Positions 35,238 to 45,601 of a stretch of DNA of 64,000 nucleotides are shown here, piece by piece. The first letter of the stretch is position 1; every line of letters begins with the position of its first letter. This DNA is from Diplonema japonicum. Taxonomy: Eukaryota; Protista; Euglenozoa: Diplonemea. The DNA lies in assembly GCA_964019335.1 (NCBI GenBank), contig OZ025699.1, forward strand, positions 310,001-374,000, given 5' to 3'. A program made the position numbers and the translations under genes. The notes below the pieces were generated by a model that was not told where the DNA came from, did no database searches, and saw nothing but the letters and a program-made list of their open reading frames with translations.

Positions 35238-36455
35238 TTCACTATGATAGGAACGAAGTGGTTAGCAACGGCCCGCCGCGGTGGCGTGCCTACCTTATGA
35301 TGCTCCCCTTTTGGGGTCGTTCCCTGCTACCCACCGTAGTGCCTAGCTGTCGTTTATATCTTCCAATCCTTTCTTTCCGATAACCTTCTCTCAGTCCTTT
35401 CAGGGCCCTCCTATCAAAGCCAACGACGTGGTCGCGGCCAATGGATCGTAGTGATCTCACGTTCTTGCATGACTGCGCCGGAAAAGCGCGTCTCCTCTTC
35501 TCCCTCATCCATGTCGCTTGCAGCGTATCCAGGATCCGCTTGATCCTCACCGCCTTCTTGTCGATGTCAATCGTCGTGTTGATGTTAACCCCCAGCGTCT
35601 TCTTCGTGTAGCACTCGAAGTCAATCGCCAGCTCGATCGCCGACACGGACGTTCCCTCCTCCGCCCACCGCAGCGCAGCCAGCCATCTCAGCACCTGATC
35701 ACCGTACTCCCTGAGCTGCGGGGTCAGCTTGAGCTTGTACAGTTCCACAACCTTTGGCGCCTCGAAACGCCTTCCTTGAGTCGTCACCATCCACGGCGGT
35801 TCCTTCTCAACCGCGAACCGCTTCACCGCCAGAGCATCGTCCCTGCGCCTCACCACCTCTGCCAAATACCTCTGCAGCCTCTCCAAACCGCGGAACACGA
35901 CCTTCCTCGGGAGAATCCCGTGCAGCTCCAAACAGACCGGCCACCTTTCGCTCCTGACCAGACCGGTATATACCTCCTTCTTCTGCACCTCCAATGCGAC
36001 CTCGCACTCCCAAAGCTGGTGTCGCAGCAACCTAACTGTGCTGCCCTTCGCAGCATCACAAACATCGCAATTGAGCGTTCCCGCTGCTTTGTCCGTCCTC
36101 CCCCTATCCAGGTGGTCGGCTTCTTCCTCGCTCCCCTCACCTCCCTCCTCATCAGGTTCTTCAGGAGGGGAGAGTAAAACTTGTTTCGCATACGGGCGGA
36201 GGTACGGCACCGCCCCGGCGATTATCCTCCTCACCCGCCACGCTTCGAGCGGTCTGCGTGCGCTGCACTTCATCCAGTAAGCGTTCGTTGCAGGGGCCGC
36301 GCCCATCCCAAGCCCGGCCATCGTGCTTCGCGCCTTCACAATACCCGATGTCCTCATCCTCCGCAGAGCCTCCCTGAGGTCGTGCCCAGGATTCTCTCCT
36401 CTGTGCCAGCTTGTCAGCCTTTCCCACTTCCATCCGATCGCCGGAAGCCACCTCA
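35238..36455 (-). mobile_element. 5'-truncated non-LTR retrotransposon, family A
   Basis: ORF with CDVC...HQLWEC, ELHGILP and ELAIDFE; sense end CCTATCATAGTGAA-T10. Confidence 0.85.
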
Positions 36456-36542
36456 GAAAAAAAAAAAAAACTCAAAGTACAGGACAAGCCCCCCGCTAGA
36501 GGGCCGCCCTATGGGAGGGGGGGGGTCTATCTGTTAAAAAAA

Positions 36543-36866
36543 ATGGGGCTTTGATTGCAACACTAGGTGGCGTCAAGCGTGCAACGAAGCACGAACTACC
36601 TACTTGATAGCAGGGGGCGCTCCTCGGCCGAGCAGTAGCTTCTTCTGCGTTCCGCGTCGTGTCCTTAATGCGTGCGGTGTGCTCAACCCTAGCCGGGGCG
36701 TCCCAGACCAAGATTCTGCGCTCGTGCAGTTTGCTGCCTGTTCGTCACCCTGAGCATCTGCGTTACGTTCTTCCACTCGGGCGCTACCGGTGATGACCGA
36801 CGAGGAGGTCAACAGCGAACAACACATCTGATGTACTTCTTATATTTCCATGTTATCCCCACCACC
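36543..36866 (-). mobile_element. ribozyme-SINE copy 4 (tail type 2)
   Basis: Full length; starts 46 nt after the stop codon of 36913-38586. Confidence 0.85.
36733..36866 (-). ncRNA. HDV-like self-cleaving ribozyme (reference copy)
   Basis: P1 GGUGGUG/CAUCACC; 43-nt J1/2; P2 GCUGUUG/CA(G)GCAGC; P3 ACC/GGU; L3 UCCUCGUC; P1.1 GG; P4 CGCCCGAGU/GCUC(A)GGGUG; J4/2 ACGAA with the catalytic C. Confidence 0.8.
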
Positions 36867-36912
36867 TTTAAAAAAAAAAAACATTTTCGCATCACTACAA
36901 TGCCGTGGCACC

Positions 36913-38586
36913 TTAGAAAGCAGAAACTGTGTCTGATTCCGCTTTGAGGATTCTTGCAAGCTTCGTCACGTGATCTGCGACAAAGCTGGGCAAGTCCCTC
37001 TTGATACTCAGGACACGGAGGGATTCCTCCTTGTTCCCCATCAAGTAGTGCCTCCCTGCCTGGTTGTAAACCTCCCAAGGACTCTCTTGTAACTCATACA
37101 TCCATTCACCAAGAGCGTTGTTCTTCTGCGTGTCATGGCCAACCACCTCATAAGCAATGTTGTCAAGGTAGGTTTCCAACAATATGCGCATGGTGACGCA
37201 GTAAGAAAGCTCATTGTACATCCCATCGCTGCAAATGACATCGAGGGAGGCGTGCTTGCAGAACCTCTCCAGTTGTGAGGCTTGAACGGCGACCTTTCCG
37301 ATGACACCGATTGACATCAGCTCGGCACACCCGAACGACCCGCAGTGCGCTGCCCCTGTAGAAACACCAATAGTACATTGCACGCCTTCAACAAGATTGT
37401 CTTGAAGATCAATGGCGGCATTGATGGCTGAACGGGGATGTAGGGGGCATCTTTTTGTTGCGTTGAACGACGCGTGGACGTGGTCGCCCAGAACGACACT
37501 TACAATACCGCTGTGCGTTTTCACCGCACGAAGTGACGCCTCCACAAAACGGGTGAATCTCGACCCGAAGCCTCCCGGATCAGACACTACAGCATGCGAC
37601 CCCAGCATATTCGCCACTGTGTACGAGACCCTTCTTTTATCTATAGCAAGAAACAAGGAGCTCCCTTCTGACTGCAACGACTGCAAACGAGGGTCAGCCC
37701 CCTTGCTCATCCTCGTCTCTTGCGTGTTTATGGTCGAGTCTTCCTCACCCAAGTTCACATCCATCGGGAAGCTTTCGCCCTGCAAGCAAGACTGCGGTAA
37801 GTAAGGGCGGTAACTGTACAGATTTCGAAGTACACTACTTAAGGCTTCGTATAATGGTGGGGGTAGTGGTGGTGATTCCTTGATGGCTTGCTCTGCGGAC
37901 TCGAGATCAAAACGTGACAAGCAGCTTGCGATGTGCTCGGCAGCGGTGATCACAGACTTCATCGACTCCTGCTCGGTTTTCAGCGTCTTTGCAAACCGTC
38001 TGGTGATGTAGAAGTCGTATAAAAAGATGGCGGATTGTCCGAAGAAATAGTTAAATGATTCGACTGCTGGGATGGCACAGGGAAGCGTTTTGCAATCGCA
38101 GAGAACCTCCCATCGAGACTGTTGCGAAGGAAGGGTGAATAGACCCCCGTTGTCGATTTCAAACAGACCGGCCCGCACAACACGTTCCACAGCGACCACC
38201 AAGAGCCAAGCAAGAACAATGGAAACAAGGACAATAGATACGCGAGGGGGCATGTTCGTGACGAGAGCGATATCTGCGAGGACAACAAACGCTGACCACG
38301 ACCGCATAGTGTGGTCGGATAAACTGATCCAATCCGATATTATAAAATTAACCGCATACGCGTACAAAAGAATCTCCACAGACAGCTTGCTTACACGTTT
38401 TGTTGCAAACACGTAGCCCCCTGCTCCTAGCTGTGCGGAGAAGCCGACAGCTGTGTAGTAGTCCCCAGATGACATCATTAGTGGAATTATAATAAGAGAT
38501 ACAAGAGTGGACCACACCAGGACTTTCTTCGTCATTGTCACATGCATGTCGTCGCCAGGCCGCAGCACATATTCGATGAGGAACAT
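36913..38586 (-). CDS. multi-pass class III cyclase, degenerate-domain-only type
   Basis: ANMLG, LGD, VAVQASQL, EWMYEL. Confidence 0.85.
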   Translation of the reverse strand: MFLIEYVLRPGDDMHVTMTKKVLVWSTLVSLIIIPLMMSSGDYYTAVGFSAQLGAGGYVFATKRVSKLSVEILLYAYAVNFIISDWISLSDHTMRSWSAFVVLADIALVTNMPPRVSIVLVSIVLAWLLVVAVERVVRAGLFEIDNGGLFTLPSQQSRWEVLCDCKTLPCAIPAVESFNYFFGQSAIFLYDFYITRRFAKTLKTEQESMKSVITAAEHIASCLSRFDLESAEQAIKESPPLPPPLYEALSSVLRNLYSYRPYLPQSCLQGESFPMDVNLGEEDSTINTQETRMSKGADPRLQSLQSEGSSLFLAIDKRRVSYTVANMLGSHAVVSDPGGFGSRFTRFVEASLRAVKTHSGIVSVVLGDHVHASFNATKRCPLHPRSAINAAIDLQDNLVEGVQCTIGVSTGAAHCGSFGCAELMSIGVIGKVAVQASQLERFCKHASLDVICSDGMYNELSYCVTMRILLETYLDNIAYEVVGHDTQKNNALGEWMYELQESPWEVYNQAGRHYLMGNKEESLRVLSIKRDLPSFVADHVTKLARILKAESDTVSAF

Positions 38587-38762
38587 ATTCCGTTTAGTTT
38601 TTTCTTTTTTTTTTTTTTTTTTTTGTTCTCTACCCCCCTCCTCCTCCCCCTCCTGTTCGTGTTTTTTCTTTTAAGGAAACGGAAAACGCTTCCCTGTTGG
38701 GGGGCATTCGGTAATTCCTCTTGGAAAAGAGGACAGGAAATCTCACTTGCCCGATAGAGTGC

Positions 38763-40433
38763 TCATGCAATCTTCGTCTTCAACATCTGTATGTGCTCAG
38801 CAACCTCATCACTGCCGGTGAAGGGTATAGCGAGAAGGCGGAGGGACTCCTCCGTGTTCCCCATCAGGAAGTGTTTCCCTGCCTCGTTGTAAGCCTCCCA
38901 AGGGTTCTCATCAAGCTGGTACATCCACTCGTCGTCGTCCTTCTCCTTGACAGCCTGCTCAGAGAGGACCTCGTAGGCCACCACATGGTACCCTTCCTGC
39001 ATGGTCAGAAGTGCCAGCACAATGCGAAGCCGGAAGGCATGCGACACTTCACGGTACACAGTCCCGCTGGTGACGATGCTGAGGTTCTCTTGCCTGCAGA
39101 ACCTCTCCAGTTGTGAGGCTTGAACGGCGACCTTGCCAATGACAGCGATCGACATCAGCTCGGCACACCCGAACGACCCGCAGTGCGCTGCCCCAGTTGC
39201 GATGCTCATCGTGGTGATCATGTCGCCAGAGCTCAGCTCGGGGTGAAGCATCACAGCCGTCTCCACTGCAGCTTGTGCATAGCTGGCACACCTCTTGGTT
39301 GCGTTGAAGTACGAGTGGATGTGGTCTCCAAGGACGATACCCACAACACCGTTGTGACTCTTCACCGAGCGGAGCACCTTCTGCACGAAGTCGGAGAACG
39401 TATGACAGAAAGCAGCATGGTCCGAGATGGCCTTGTGTGTCTCCAGCAGGTTCACCACAAGGTACGACACCCTCTTCTCAATTGTGGTTGGCAGCTTATC
39501 AGGCAGCTTTTCCGTTGAAACGTGTGAAGATCGATGCTGACAGTTCTTATCAAGGGTCGGTGAGTCAACAGACATCGTGCCGGTACCTGAGATGCTGTCC
39601 TCGGAGCTCTCACTACCCCCCACGTTTTCAGGGAAACAGGACTGCGGGAGGTACGGAATGTAATTGCGGAGGTTTGCAAGAATATCGGAGAAGGCGGTGT
39701 GGAGTGGCGGGGGCAGCGACGATCCTTCGATGGCTTGCTCGGCGGACTCAAGGTCCAAGCGGGACAAGCAGCTTGCAATGTGCTCGGCAGCGGTGATCAC
39801 AGACTTCATCGACTCCTTCTCGGCATGCAAAGCTTCCGCGAAACTCCGAGTGAAGTAGAAATCCAGGAGGAAAATCGAAATCTGTCCACCCCCAACATAC
39901 AGGGATTGAATCCAGGGAATAGGGCAAGGGAGGGTGTCGCAGTCACAGTACCTCTCCCTCCGTGTATCCTGCGTTGGTAACTCTAAGAGGAAGAATCTGG
40001 AGTCAAACAAACCGAAACGAGCAGAACGCTCAACCGTGATGCACATTAACCAGACAACCACCCCCATTGTGAGGATCTTGGTGACGCGGGGGGGGAGCCG
40101 GCACACCAGCGCCGTGTCAATAAGGATTATGAAAACCGACCAAGTTCTACCTAAACCGAGAGCTGCTGTGCTCAGATCTGCCAGCAAGTAGTACAGTCCG
40201 TACGCGTAAAGAACAAACTCCAGCGACAACAAGGATACCTGTTTGGTGATCATCAGCCTTATAAACATGGTGGCAATGGGGATGTACGCCAGTAAAATTC
40301 TGAACTTTCCGTCAGCGGTTACCAATGCGGTCAACATTGACGTTGATATCGTGCCGTAAACAACTATCGTTTTAGCGGAGATGACTTGCTGGGTGTCACC
40401 TGGTAACAAGAGTTTTTTTACTATACAGGACAT
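38763..40433 (-). CDS. multi-pass class III cyclase, degenerate-domain-only type
   Basis: VNLLE, LGD, VAVQASQL, EWMYQL. Confidence 0.85.
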   Translation of the reverse strand: MSCIVKKLLLPGDTQQVISAKTIVVYGTISTSMLTALVTADGKFRILLAYIPIATMFIRLMITKQVSLLSLEFVLYAYGLYYLLADLSTAALGLGRTWSVFIILIDTALVCRLPPRVTKILTMGVVVWLMCITVERSARFGLFDSRFFLLELPTQDTRRERYCDCDTLPCPIPWIQSLYVGGGQISIFLLDFYFTRSFAEALHAEKESMKSVITAAEHIASCLSRLDLESAEQAIEGSSLPPPLHTAFSDILANLRNYIPYLPQSCFPENVGGSESSEDSISGTGTMSVDSPTLDKNCQHRSSHVSTEKLPDKLPTTIEKRVSYLVVNLLETHKAISDHAAFCHTFSDFVQKVLRSVKSHNGVVGIVLGDHIHSYFNATKRCASYAQAAVETAVMLHPELSSGDMITTMSIATGAAHCGSFGCAELMSIAVIGKVAVQASQLERFCRQENLSIVTSGTVYREVSHAFRLRIVLALLTMQEGYHVVAYEVLSEQAVKEKDDDEWMYQLDENPWEAYNEAGKHFLMGNTEESLRLLAIPFTGSDEVAEHIQMLKTKIA

Positions 40434-40780
40434 CTTTTTTCTTTTTCTTGTGGGTACCTAAATTTTTTTTTTTTTCAAAAAGAAAAAAAAATATTAAAAA
40501 ATAAATAAGAGAGTGAATGAAGTACAATTCGAGAGGAACAGAAAGTGTATTCAATGGGTCTTTCAAAAAAAAAAAAAAGATGTTTTTGAAGGGACCCTGC
40601 AGTATGTGACAGGTTAAAAAAGAATAGAGGTTCGGTGTTGAAATTAATGCACTTACCACTACTCTTTTTTTTTTTTTTTTTTTTTTTTTAAAGCACAAAC
40701 AAAATTTTCAGTGCCAATATATTGTTTTTTCTTGTTGCGGGGGGAAAAAAAAAAAAAAACATATATATATAAACCTTTAA

Positions 40781-40783
<3 letters not shown>

Positions 40784-40818
<35 letters not shown>

Positions 40819-41760
40819 TTAAAGGAAGTCTTTGTGAGACGCCCCCTTGTTCTCATCTTCTACCTGCACCTATACCCTTTCAGCAGCGGTTTCTCCTCCT
40901 TTGGTGGTCTTGCCGGCCTTCTCCCCAGCCTGGCCGCTCTTTCTCTTCGTTCTCTTGCCCATTGTCCTTTCAACGCCTCTAGGTCATGCTTGGTCTTCGG
41001 TGATGCAAATATCGCCCTCCTGTTCCATCCGATCACCGCCTTTGTCCTCCCGATGGATCGTAGTGTGTGCACCCTTGTGCTCGGCTCAGCTGGGAAGGCC
41101 CTCCTTCCTTTCACCTTCTTCAGTACCCTCCCTAGCTCCCATGTGTGCCAGATCTTCTTCATCAGTCCATGCAATCTCCTCGCTTTCTGCTGTACTTCTG
41201 CGAGATCCCCCAGCTTCCCTCCAAGGGTCTTCCCGGTCACGTTCTCGAAATCCAGTGCCAGCTCCACCGTCGACACTGACGTGTTCCTGCTGCCTGCATA
41301 CCAGCGCAGTTGCCGCATCCACCTCAGCACCTCCTTCGTGTACTCCCGTAGGACATCCCCTGCCGGTAGCTTGCCGAAGTCCTTGTCCGACGGTACTGGG
41401 TGTTCTTGACCTTGTGTGATCTCCAGCCACTGGTGTGTGTGGTACACCTCCTGGCGCTGTTCCTTCACCATCTCCCGTTCGCGTCTCTCCACCGCCTCTG
41501 ACATGATCTCTGCATCCGCCACCATGTCTTCGATGTTGGCCTGCGTCGGGTCAATGGGTAGGCACTTCACGAGCGTGTGTTCGAGCTCCCCGTTCAGGTT
41601 GTGGATTGTGTTCACCGTAACCTTACTGAGCTGCCCTCCTCCTCTTTTCTGCAACTTGTTGAGCTGCGTCTGAATGGCTATCAGCCTGCCTCGCATTTTC
41701 TCCAGCCGTACTTGCATGACCGACGCTGCCCCACCGAGCCAGTTGTTGTCGGTGCACATA
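40784..41760 (-). mobile_element. family B 3' end fused in frame to an unrelated coiled-coil segment
   Basis: Identity with the other B copies stops at ~41453; the upstream 300 bp encode different sequence. Confidence 0.75.
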
Positions 41761-41825
41761 GAAAAAAATAAAGAGGTAAAAGGAAATCCCTGATTTAGGA
41801 CGTCCTGTTGAAAAAAAAAAAAAAA

Positions 41826-42098
41826 ATATATATGAGTTAAAGGAAGTCTTTGTGAGACGCCCCCTTGTTCTCATCTTCTACCTGCACCTATCCCCTTTCA
41901 GCAGCGGGTTCTCCTCCTTTGGTGGTCTTGCCGGCCTTCTCCCCAGCCTGGCCGCTCTTTCTCTTCGTTCTCTCGCCCATTGTCCTTTCAATGCCTCTAG
42001 GTCATGCTTGGTCTTCGGTGATGCAAATATCGCCCTCCTGTTCCATCCGATCACCGCCTTTGTCCTCCCGATGGATCGTAGTGTGTGCACCCTTGTGC
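41826..42098 (-). mobile_element. short 5'-truncated family B copy
   Basis: Near-identical to 27441-27713; A-tracts on both sides on the + strand. Confidence 0.85.
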
Positions 42099-42222
42099 AA
42101 AAAAAAAAAGGAAATTCCTGTTTTTTATCATTCTTTTTCGTTTAGATTGCTGCGGTGCTAACACCAGAGACCTTGCTAGCTTCTTCTGATAAGAAGTGTC
42201 AGCGAGGCCGTAAAAAAAAAAA

Positions 42223-43416
42223 CTCAAAGTGCAGGACAAACCCCCTCATGGAGGGCCGCCCTTGGGTGGGTTGGGGGGGGCTATCTATTTATACTCCCTT
42301 CTGGAGCATTGCTTTCGTTCCAATCGAGTCCAGTCGTGTGATGCGGTCTCGCTTGTAAGCGGCTTTCAGTTCCATCAGCTTGTCGTGCGTGGAGTGGGTG
42401 GCGAAAATGGGCCTCCTGGCGAAACCCATAGCCGTCTTCCCACCTATTGCAATGAGGGACTTCACTCTCTTCTGTTCATCCGCTGGGAAGGTGCGTGGCT
42501 TCTTCCGTGCTCTGCATGCCGCGTTCAGCTATCTTCCAGCAGACCTCCCAATAACTTGCCTGTCGTCCATTCGAAGTCGATGGCCAATTCCACCGCTGAC
42601 ACTTCAGAGCTGGTGTCCTCCTTCACCCATCGTAGCTGTGACAACCACTGCAGCAGCGGGTTCAAGAATTCTGCGACGACTCCACCCACTCCTTCGAGCT
42701 CCCCCGCCGTTGGCACGAGGCATCTCCTTCCCTCCACATTGCGTACCCACGGCAGCGGCTCCATTCCGTCTAGTGCCAGTTCCTCTTGTGCACAGAACTG
42801 GCGTTGTCTATTTGCATGAGCTCCACATCCCGTTTCCCGACCACCACAGCCATGTACTGCTGCAGCTTCTCCAGGTGTGCGAAGACATGCCCCCTCGGCA
42901 GTATCGCGTGCAGTTCCAGACATAGGGGCCATCCTGATCTGTTGCGCAGCGGCTCCATTCCGTCTAGTGCCAGTTCCTCTTGTGCACAGGCGCACTCATA
43001 CAGCTGATGGCGGAGTAAGGTCACCGTGTCCGGGTGTGGTGACTTGCACAGGTCGCATCTGAATCCTTGCGTGTGCGATACCTCCGTCGTTGGTGCCTGG
43101 CCCATGTTCTCCTCATCGTCACCGTTGTCGTCACCTTCAGGCGCCCCTTGGGAAGCTCTTTTGGTTCGTATTTGCGTGCGGGTTTAGGTAGGGGACCCCT
43201 CCTGCGATCACACGTCTCAGGCTGTAGGACATGAGCGGGTCCTTGGCCGTCCTCCATAATCGGTTCGTCCTGGGGTCCGCCCCCGGCTCTATCCCGCTTA
43301 TCGTGCTCCTCTCGACCGCCAGCGTTCTACTTCGGGCCTCCCTCACCACCTCTCTATGTGTCCGCGTTCGGCCCAAGATGTGTTGCAACCTAGGAGCTGC
43401 GCCCAACTCCATCCTA
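42223..43416 (-). mobile_element. degenerate non-LTR fragment, family D
   Basis: CDLC...HQLYEC, ELHAILP, ELAIDFE; frameshifts and an internal ~45-bp duplication; sense end GCACTTTGAG-T11. Confidence 0.8.
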
Positions 43417-43578
43417 TAAAAAAAAAAAGGGTTTTATTTTTATTTATTTTTATTTTCTTTCTATTTTAAAATTTTAATCTCCCTAGTTTAAAAGAAAGAG
43501 AGAAGAAAGGATTGTTTGATATGGGTTCTAGAATGAAAAAAAAAAGAACCTATTCCGAGGGTGGCTTAGGAAAAAGAA

Positions 43579-43887
43579 ATATATATGAGTAAAAGGAGGC
43601 CGGTGTTGGCGGCGCCCTGCCCAAGAACTGTCTACTTGATTACAGGGGGCGCACCGCGGCCGAGTTGTAGCTTCTTCTGCGTTCCGCGTCGTGTCCTTAA
43701 TGCGTGCGGTGTGCTCAACCCCAGCCGGGTAAGATTCTGCGCTCGTGCAGTTTGCTGCCTGTTCGTCACCCTGAGCATCTGCGTTACGTTCTTCCACTCG
43801 GGCGCTACCGGTGATGACCGACGTGGAGGTCAACAGCGAACAACACATCTGATGTTTTTCTTATATTTTCATGTTATCCCCACCACC
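43579..43887 (-). mobile_element. ribozyme-SINE copy 5 (ribozyme 43754-43887, tail type 3)
   Basis: L3 TCCACGTC; tail ends CTCATATATATTT like family B. Confidence 0.8.
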
Positions 43888-44610
43888 TAAAAAAAGAAAA
43901 AGAAAACTTTTTTTTTCCTTTTTATCTCTTTTCTTTTCCCTCCCTCCATCTCTTCCTCTCAAGTTTTGGTAGTCCTCCCCCCCCCCCCACTTTCTTGAAC
44001 TTCTTTTCACCTCTTTTCCCCTACCTCTCCGTGGTTCCCAGTGAACATGAAAGAATGAAAGTAAAGAAAAAAAAAAAAAAAAACAATAAACCTTTCCACA
44101 CTTTTTTTTTCTCGTCTTTATTAAAAGAGATTAGAGGAGGAAAAACGTATTTCCTTCTCAAAATGCAATTTCTTTTGGCACCACAAAAAAAGCAAATTGC
44201 GACCTGCCAGTAGTGGGTCAAAACCATAAGGTCAAAAGCCAGCTCAATACTCCATAAAAAAAAAAAATATATATATATATGAGTTAAAGGAAGTCTTTGT
44301 AAGACGCCCCCTAAAAGAACACTTTGATTTGGGAAATTGACTTTTTCGGTTTTTTGGCCTGTGGGCTTAGTGGTTAAAAAGACCTATTGTTCTGAGGACA
44401 GCCTTATGTACTACCTGTTTTCCCGCATCTGGCACGGTGGTAGCCAGATGTGAGCCTTCTCACACGGCGGTAGGACGCATTCGTCCTTCTCGGCCCCGCT
44501 TGTACTCCCCGCGGGGTAGGACACAGCTGTCAGCAGTAGAAGGATAAGCCCAACAATGCTCCCACCACTACTCTTTTTAGCAATAACAAAAAATTTTCAT
44601 TATCAATATA

Positions 44611-45365
44611 TACAGAGCTCGTCCGGAAAAAAAAGAGAAAAAAAAGAAAAAAGAAAAAAAAAATGTCAACACTTTTTTGGGCACCTCCGAAAATTCTTGA
44701 TTATTTGAGCAAAAAAAAGGGCAGCATGCAACCATAGGAAGATGACATATATGGTGTACGTGACGCCGTTCTTTCAATTGCGATGCTTGTTTTGCCATGA
44801 GGGTGGCAGGCTTTGCAACCGGCTGCCCCCGGGAAGCGGAAAACAGAGGTCAGAAAAACGACGAAAAATGTTTAAAATGCAGTTTAAAGGCTTGAAATGC
44901 AGCACCTAGGGTGGCATAAAAGTGGTGAACACACACCTTTGTGACCCCTGGGTACAACCCAGGGTCGGGTTACTGCTAAAAGTACTTAGCGAAAAATATA
45001 TGGCGTTGCATAGCCCTCAAAAAACCGGTTTTTTTAGCCCTATTCTTTGCTTTTTCGAGGGGTTCCTAAGGGAATTGGCCTAAAAGGCCCATTTTCCTGA
45101 AAACCCAATTCTTAACACTTGCCTGCTCAACATCCGGTATCTTTGGGGCCAAATATGCATTCTCTACCCATCTGCTGAGGTTTGTCATTTTTTTCTTACT
45201 CATTTGCACGCGCGTTTTAGAAATGAAACGAACGGCGCGCATTGTGACCTATATGGTGAACACACTTAGACCGCAATTCTGCACACAAAGTGGTGTCGGA
45301 CTACTTTTGTACTTAGAAATCTTCCGAGGGTCATTTGCTGACATTTTTTTCCGGACGAGCTTGCA
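44611..45365. mobile_element. non-autonomous DNA transposon/MITE
   Basis: CAGAGCTCGTCCGGAAAAAAA ... TTTTTTTCCGGACGAGCTTG; interrupts the dispersed CATTATCAATATATTG repeat. Confidence 0.6.
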
Positions 45366-45601
45366 ATATATTGTTTTTTCTTGTTCAAGCAGAAAAAAAA
45401 AATAAAAAAATAAAAACAAAAAAGCTTTAGACAAAATCTCGTCTCTTGCAAAACCCTCTTGGAAAAGAGAGCGAGGAAAAGTGCTGCATTAAGGTCCACC
45501 GCTAGTTCCGCCTTGGAAACTTGCCTGTCCTTGCTCCACTTTAGGGCTTTCAACCAGTTGAGTGGGAAAAGTATTTCTTCTGCAGCCCATGTGGAGTTTT
45601 C

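Noticed and set aside
44356-44400. tRNA-like start (GGCTTAGTGGTTAA)
   Set aside because: No D-stem closure, T-arm or B box
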